Source: Anaerolineales bacterium (GTDB lineage: Bacteria; Chloroflexota; Anaerolineae; Anaerolineales; UBA11579). Taken from it: a stretch of 64,000 bases of DNA. Below are positions 59,893 to 64,000 of this stretch, one piece after another. Both the position numbers and the translations under genes were made by a program. The stretch spans positions 20,613 through 84,612 of the forward strand of contig JASFQL010000009.1 of assembly GCA_050115475.1 (NCBI GenBank), in the 5' to 3' direction. Below the pieces are notes generated by a model. It made no database searches and had not been told where the DNA came from. It saw only the letters and a list, made by a program, of their open reading frames with translations. Positions within the stretch are counted from its first letter, which is position 1. Every line of letters begins with the position of its first letter.

Positions 59893-60904
59893 CTATCCGT
59901 AAAACCGCCAATCCCTCGAACGGAGTCGCATACACCAGGCCGTTCATGCAGGTCACGTCGTGGACGCCATCGCCCACCTCGTAGGAACCCACCTCGACCG
60001 GCGCCGCCATATCAGCCAGGTCAAAGACCGACACCAACCCACGGGTCAGGCTGGCGCACAGGTAACCGCCGGATACCGACAGGCCTGAGACCTCCTCCCC
60101 GATAAGGAGTTCCCGGACGAGTCTGGGGGAGGCCGGGTCTGCCAGGTCGTAGATTTTGACGCCCCCGCTGAACAGTCCCAGGAACAGATACCCGCCAGAT
60201 ATCTCGACCTTACGCGCCCCCGAGGTCCCCGGGACGACTGTAATTTCACGCGGTGAGGAGATGTCCGTGATATCGAGGACCAGCAGACCACGTTTGCTGT
60301 TGGCCAGATAGGCGTAATCGCCCTCCACGTCCAGGCCCCACAGTCCCCCGCCGTCCGTGTAACTACCAACCTGCACCGGCGCAGACGGGTCGGAGATATC
60401 GACGATCTCCAGCCCCTCCTCGATGTCCGCCAGGTAAGTATACGCCCCCTCGACCCGGACGTTGTAAATCGAGCCGCTGTCTGTGTAACGGCCCAGCACT
60501 ACGGGATGCGCTGGGCCGGAAATATCCACGATCATCAGGTCTCCCCCGCTGTCGCCCGCGTAAGCTCGGTCGTCGACTGCCAGGACGGCAAAGGAGGGTT
60601 GTCCGGTGGCGATCTCGGCGATCAACGCCGGCCGAGCCGGGTCGCTCATGTCCAGCACAGCGACCCCATCGTTGTTCGTTACGTAGGCGTATTTGCCCCA
60701 GACGGATATACCGTAAGAAATGCCCAACTGCAGGGTTGAAAGCTCCTCCAACGCGCCGAAAGCCTGTCCCTGCAGGGGATGGCAGGATGCAGCCGTGAGA
60801 GAGAATAAAGCCGCTAAGGCCAGGACCGCCCACTTCTTGGCCCTCTTTGTTGACCGGGATCGGAGCCTGTCTGCGCCTGAGCGTGTCTCATGCAAAACGT
60901 CCAT
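59879..60904 (-). CDS. Secreted LVIVD-repeat beta-propeller protein
   Basis: Repeats of G-Y-A-Y-L-A...GL-V-L/V-D-I-S-D-P-S-x-P (YAYVTNNDGVAVLDMSDPARP, YTYLADIEEGLEIVDISDPSAP, YAYLANSKRGLLVLDITDISSP). N-terminal signal peptide. Confidence 0.65.
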   Translation of the reverse strand: MDVLHETRSGADRLRSRSTKRAKKWAVLALAALFSLTAASCHPLQGQAFGALEELSTLQLGISYGISVWGKYAYVTNNDGVAVLDMSDPARPALIAEIATGQPSFAVLAVDDRAYAGDSGGDLMIVDISGPAHPVVLGRYTDSGSIYNVRVEGAYTYLADIEEGLEIVDISDPSAPVQVGSYTDGGGLWGLDVEGDYAYLANSKRGLLVLDITDISSPREITVVPGTSGARKVEISGGYLFLGLFSGGVKIYDLADPASPRLVRELLIGEEVSGLSVSGGYLCASLTRGLVSVFDLADMAAPVEVGSYEVGDGVHDVTCMNGLVYATPFEGLAVLRIGVSH

Positions 60905-60947
60905 AGAAGAAATCCTCCGTCAGACGATTATAAGTGAAAAAAACAAG

Positions 60948-61115
60948 CGTGATCAGTGATCAGTCGCCCAGGAATCAGGATGAAATCCCTTACTGATGAC
61001 TGATCCCCCACTCACTGATTACTAATTACCTGAGTGACTTGTTGCCTGATTACTGGTTGACCAACGACTAAAGACTAATGACCACTCGACGAATGACTAA
61101 GCTCCCTGATGACCC
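60948..61115. repeat. Dispersed repeat cluster (TGATCAGTGATCAGTCGCC...TACTGATGACTGATCC...TTGACCAACGACTAAAGACTAATGACCACTCGACGAATGACTAAGC)
   Basis: Read from the sequence. Extends into the 3' end of the acetyltransferase gene, so the C-terminal tail SHSSSGH is repeat-encoded. Confidence 0.55.
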
Positions 61116-61680
61116 TGGCCGGATTCCCCGCTGCAATCGTGTTCGTGAGGACATTTTTGGTGACGACCGCCCCCGCCCCCACCACGGCGTTCCGCCCGAT
61201 CGTCACCCCCGGCAGGAGGATGGCCCCACCCCCGATCCACACGTTGTCCCCGATGGTGATGGGTTTGGCCACCTCCAACCCCCGGTTCCGTTCCTCCGCG
61301 TCCAGCGAGTGGGCCGCCGTCAGGAACTGGACGGCAGGCCCGACCATGACGTGGTTCCCAAAGCGCACTTCGTTGTTATCCAGGATTGTACACATGTAGT
61401 TCAAAAAGACGTGGTCGCCGAGATAGATATTCTTCCCATAGGTGAAATAGAAAGGCGGCCAGACGAGTGAGTTCTTCCCCACCCCGCCCAACATCTGCGG
61501 CAGAAGCGCCTGGCGTTGGTCTTCGCTTTCTACTCGGTTGTAGCGCAGCATTAGTTCCTTGGCTTTTTGGCGTTCAGCTTCCAGGTCTGGGTCGAGGAAG
61601 CTGTACATCTCCCCAGCCAGCATCTTCTTTTTTTCGCTTCTTTTCGGCATCACGCCTCTCCTTTTCGACCAGATGAACAT
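61075..61680 (-). CDS. Sugar O-acetyltransferase (maltose/galactoside acetyltransferase family, left-handed beta-helix)
   Basis: Hexapeptide repeats ITIGDNVWIGGGAILLPGVTIGRNAVVGAGAVVTKNV and an N-terminal Mac-like segment. Confidence 0.8.
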   Translation of the reverse strand: MFIWSKRRGVMPKRSEKKKMLAGEMYSFLDPDLEAERQKAKELMLRYNRVESEDQRQALLPQMLGGVGKNSLVWPPFYFTYGKNIYLGDHVFLNYMCTILDNNEVRFGNHVMVGPAVQFLTAAHSLDAEERNRGLEVAKPITIGDNVWIGGGAILLPGVTIGRNAVVGAGAVVTKNVLTNTIAAGNPARVIRELSHSSSGH

Positions 61681-61756
61681 TTTATTTATTATTCAACCAG
61701 AAGCACCAAAATGTCAAGTTATGGGGGGAAAGTTAACTCTTTTACGCTGCAGCACG

Positions 61757-61870
61757 ATAGTCCTTTGTCTTTAGTCACTAGTCTTTAGTCTGGTCGTCGA
61801 AAAGTTGTATGCAATACGCAATCCTAAGTTGACTAATGACTAACGACCAACGACTACTTGACTACTATTA
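61757..61870. repeat. Dispersed repeat cluster (TAGTCCTTTGTCTTTAGTCACTAGTCTTTAGTC ... TGCAATACGCAATCCTAAGTTGACTAATGACTAACGACCAACGACTACTTGACTAC) in the divergent promoter region between the acetyltransferase gene and sodN
   Basis: Contains the 20-nt GACTAACGACCAACGACTAC that is also found reverse-complemented at 57232-57251. Confidence 0.65.
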
Positions 61871-61978
61871 ACATTTTGTCTAAATCCCCTCCCTGCCCCC
61901 CATTTGTGAACCTTTTGTACCCGATTTGTGATATATTTGTGCCAACCATTACTCATTATCCTTTAGGAGGAACAAAAA

Positions 61979-62449
61979 ATGAAACCCCTGACCCAAATGA
62001 TTAGCAATACCTTCCCGGCCAACGAGGCCCACGCTCACTGCGACGGCCCCTGCGGCGTCTACGACCCCGCCTCCGCCCGTATCGCCGCCGAAGCTGTCCT
62101 CTCCATGACCAAGAAGATCCTGGCCCTCAAAGCCCCGGAAAGCAAAGACGACATGGCCTGGGCTGCTTACCGCAATTCGATGGTGCGCTACATCCAGATC
62201 AAAGAAGAGCAGGCCCAGATCGCCAAGGACGAACTCCTCATCCTGTGGACGGACTACTTCAAACCCGCCCACCTGGAGAAATACCCCGACCTCCACGACA
62301 CCTTCTGGCAGGCCGCCAAGCTGTGCTCCGCCGTCAAGGTCGAGGTCAGCCTGGAGAAAGCCGAAGCCCTCATGGAGACCTGCAAGAAGGTCCACGAGAT
62401 CTTCTGGGCGACCAAAGGCAAGCAGGTCGCATACTACACAGCCAGCTAA
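61979..62449 (+). CDS. sodN: Nickel-containing superoxide dismutase precursor
   Basis: Ni-hook HCDGPCGVYDPA directly after a short propeptide (…ANEAHA|HCDGPCG). Four-helix-bundle length (156 aa). Confidence 0.85.
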   Translation: MKPLTQMISNTFPANEAHAHCDGPCGVYDPASARIAAEAVLSMTKKILALKAPESKDDMAWAAYRNSMVRYIQIKEEQAQIAKDELLILWTDYFKPAHLEKYPDLHDTFWQAAKLCSAVKVEVSLEKAEALMETCKKVHEIFWATKGKQVAYYTAS

Positions 62450-62824
62450 TTGACGTATAAACAACCATCGGAAGAGTTATCCCCTGCTGGGCTGGTAGAG
62501 CTGGCCTTATGGCTGGTGGGACGGCGGAAACGAGTCCGCATTGCCGGGACGTCGATGGCCCCCCACCTCCACGATGGGGATGAGATCCTCGTCGACCTCC
62601 ACGCATACAGGCGGACTACCCCCCAACCTGGGGACGTTGTCCTCGCCCAACACCCCTATCGGCGGGACCTCAGGCTGGTCAAGCGGGTGGAGGCTGTGCT
62701 GGAAAGGGACCGCTACAAACTCTGGGGGGATAACCCTTCCGAAAGTAGCGACAGCCGGACCTTTGGCGATATGCCCCGCTCGCACATCCTGGGGCGGGTG
62801 ACGTGTATCTTCACAAGGAGGTAG
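62450..62824 (+). CDS. sodX: NiSOD maturation peptidase (S26 signal-peptidase-like, SodX)
   Basis: GTSMAP (GxSMxP catalytic Ser motif) and LVKRV (catalytic Lys region). 124 aa. Starts 1 nt after the sodN stop. Confidence 0.7.
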   Translation: MTYKQPSEELSPAGLVELALWLVGRRKRVRIAGTSMAPHLHDGDEILVDLHAYRRTTPQPGDVVLAQHPYRRDLRLVKRVEAVLERDRYKLWGDNPSESSDSRTFGDMPRSHILGRVTCIFTRR

Positions 62825-62828
62825 AGGC

Positions 62829-63491
62829 GTGAAATTGGAAGACCTTCAGAAAAATCGAACGACCATTCGAATCCTGTTTTGGGTCTTCCTGCTTTCAACG
62901 CTCTGCCTGTGTGTATTCTGTGTTTTCGCCTTCTTACCTTTTGGCTTCATCGACTTCCCTTGCTTCGTGGGGGCCGAAGATGGCTACCTGGTCAATGAGG
63001 GTTATATTCCTGATGGTATGGATGAGAGTGCTGGCGCGCTGGTCTTCATCACCACAGGGATGGCGCATGCCAGCGGCGGCGGCTGCCTGAGCCAATCCTT
63101 ACAAGATGGGGAGGAACTCGATATCGATCCCTACCAACTCAGGCTCGCCGGTGAGCAGGTTACCATCGATAACGATGTACAACTGGGAATGGGGGATTCG
63201 ACGAAGTTGGAAAAGAAACGCATGAGTCTCAACCCCTGGATCCACTATATCGACTATCTCTACCTGACCAACGAAGGCTACGTTCGAGGCGAAATCGACC
63301 ATGAGGGCAACCGCACGGAATATGAAGAACAGGTTTTGGTCCTCATCGGCGCGGCGGGTGACCGCTTTGAGATTAATACGATCACAGCCGTGATTTTCGT
63401 CCTCAGTATCTTCGGTATGATCGGCACTTTCATCCTCAAGAGACTGATTGCGAGGTCCATCAAAAAGGAAGCCGTTGAAAAGCCCTCTTGA
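62829..63491 (+). CDS. Membrane protein, unknown function (possibly co-transcribed with sodN-sodX)
   Basis: N-terminal and C-terminal TM helices. 4 nt after sodX. Confidence 0.45.
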   Translation: MKLEDLQKNRTTIRILFWVFLLSTLCLCVFCVFAFLPFGFIDFPCFVGAEDGYLVNEGYIPDGMDESAGALVFITTGMAHASGGGCLSQSLQDGEELDIDPYQLRLAGEQVTIDNDVQLGMGDSTKLEKKRMSLNPWIHYIDYLYLTNEGYVRGEIDHEGNRTEYEEQVLVLIGAAGDRFEINTITAVIFVLSIFGMIGTFILKRLIARSIKKEAVEKPS

Positions 63492-63705
63492 TATGCCCCG
63501 TCCAAGATCGTCCACCACACTCCTGCTATGGCTGGAAAATCGATATAGCACCGTTTATTAGCATATAGGGTTTTGATAAATAGAAATTCTGTTATCATCC
63601 ACGTTCCTGCTGCCTTTGCAGTCATGAAAGGATGTTACAGAATCACAATTTTCAAGATGAGTTCTCATCTATCTAAATTGATTGTTGAGGAGGCTATCAA
63701 AACAA

Positions 63706-64000
63706 TGTCAGCATCTTCATTTCTATTACCTCTCTGTTTGATCGTCGTAATCGGTTTAGCTTTCCTCATCTGGCTGATGGTCACCCATGCCCGCGACCGG
63801 AAAGACGCCAGAGAAGTCGTCGAAATGGAAGTGACCGCCTGTATTCTCAAGACAGACGGCGACCTCCTCATCCGCCAACGGCGTTTCAGGAGCCTGATCG
63901 GGCTGGTCGTCGGCGTCTCCCTCGTTTTGGGAAGCCTGCTGATTATGGTAAATGAGCTTACCGACCCGGCCGCCTACTGGATGGAGATGCTGGAATTACT
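63706..64000 (+). CDS. Membrane protein, 5' partial (runs off the window end)
   Basis: GAGGAGG SD 8 nt before ATG 63706. Open frame to the window end (MSASSFLLPLCLIVVIGLAFLIW...). Not in the ORF track because no stop lies inside the window. Confidence 0.45.

Overview
This 64-kb window is a bacterial chromosomal segment with dense, mostly housekeeping coding in the middle and right-hand parts, and low-GC accessory content at the left end (about 1-7 kb) and around 13.4-15 kb. The taxon cannot be determined from sequence alone. The gene mix (DUF5667 anti-sigma factor, Ni-SOD with its SodX peptidase, LVIVD beta-propeller protein, polysaccharide deacetylase, standalone CpaF) is compatible with a Chloroflexota-like or other Terrabacteria genome. 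No rRNA, tRNA or CRISPR array was recognisable.

Confidently recognisable genes:
- rpoD/sigA, rdgB, yceD-like, uvrA and a RluA-family pseudouridine synthase
- glucokinase
- a tripartite ABC efflux set (double-FtsX permease, HlyD adaptor, MacB/LolD-type ATPase)
- a flotillin/NfeD pair
- two ECF sigma/anti-sigma modules
- a split feoB (GTPase ORF and membrane ORF overlapping by ATGA) downstream of a DtxR-family regulator fused to FeoA domains
- a Ni-superoxide dismutase sodN-sodX pair
- two tandem CPBP (CAAX/Abi) intramembrane proteases behind a small wHTH regulator
- two GT4 glycosyltransferases
- a standalone CpaF/TadA ATPase
- tandem paralogues of a Tat-secreted sulfatase-family (PF00884-like) enzyme whose catalytic Cys/Ser is replaced by Thr, plus a decayed third copy

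Features that the gene calls do not explain:
- (i) a roughly 1.15-kb tandem array of a highly structured 175-bp unit at 13.69-14.84 kb. Each unit carries a Shine-Dalgarno-preceded 16-codon micro-ORF.
- (ii) a family of short dispersed intergenic repeats (TTGACTAACGACCAACGACTAC / CTAAAGACTA / GAATACGCAAT motifs) clustered between 53.7 and 61.9 kb, and also at 13.5-13.7 kb beside the array
- (iii) a perfect 23-bp inverted repeat next to the sulfatase-family pseudogene

All protein calls rest on motif recognition in the supplied translations. No database search was run.
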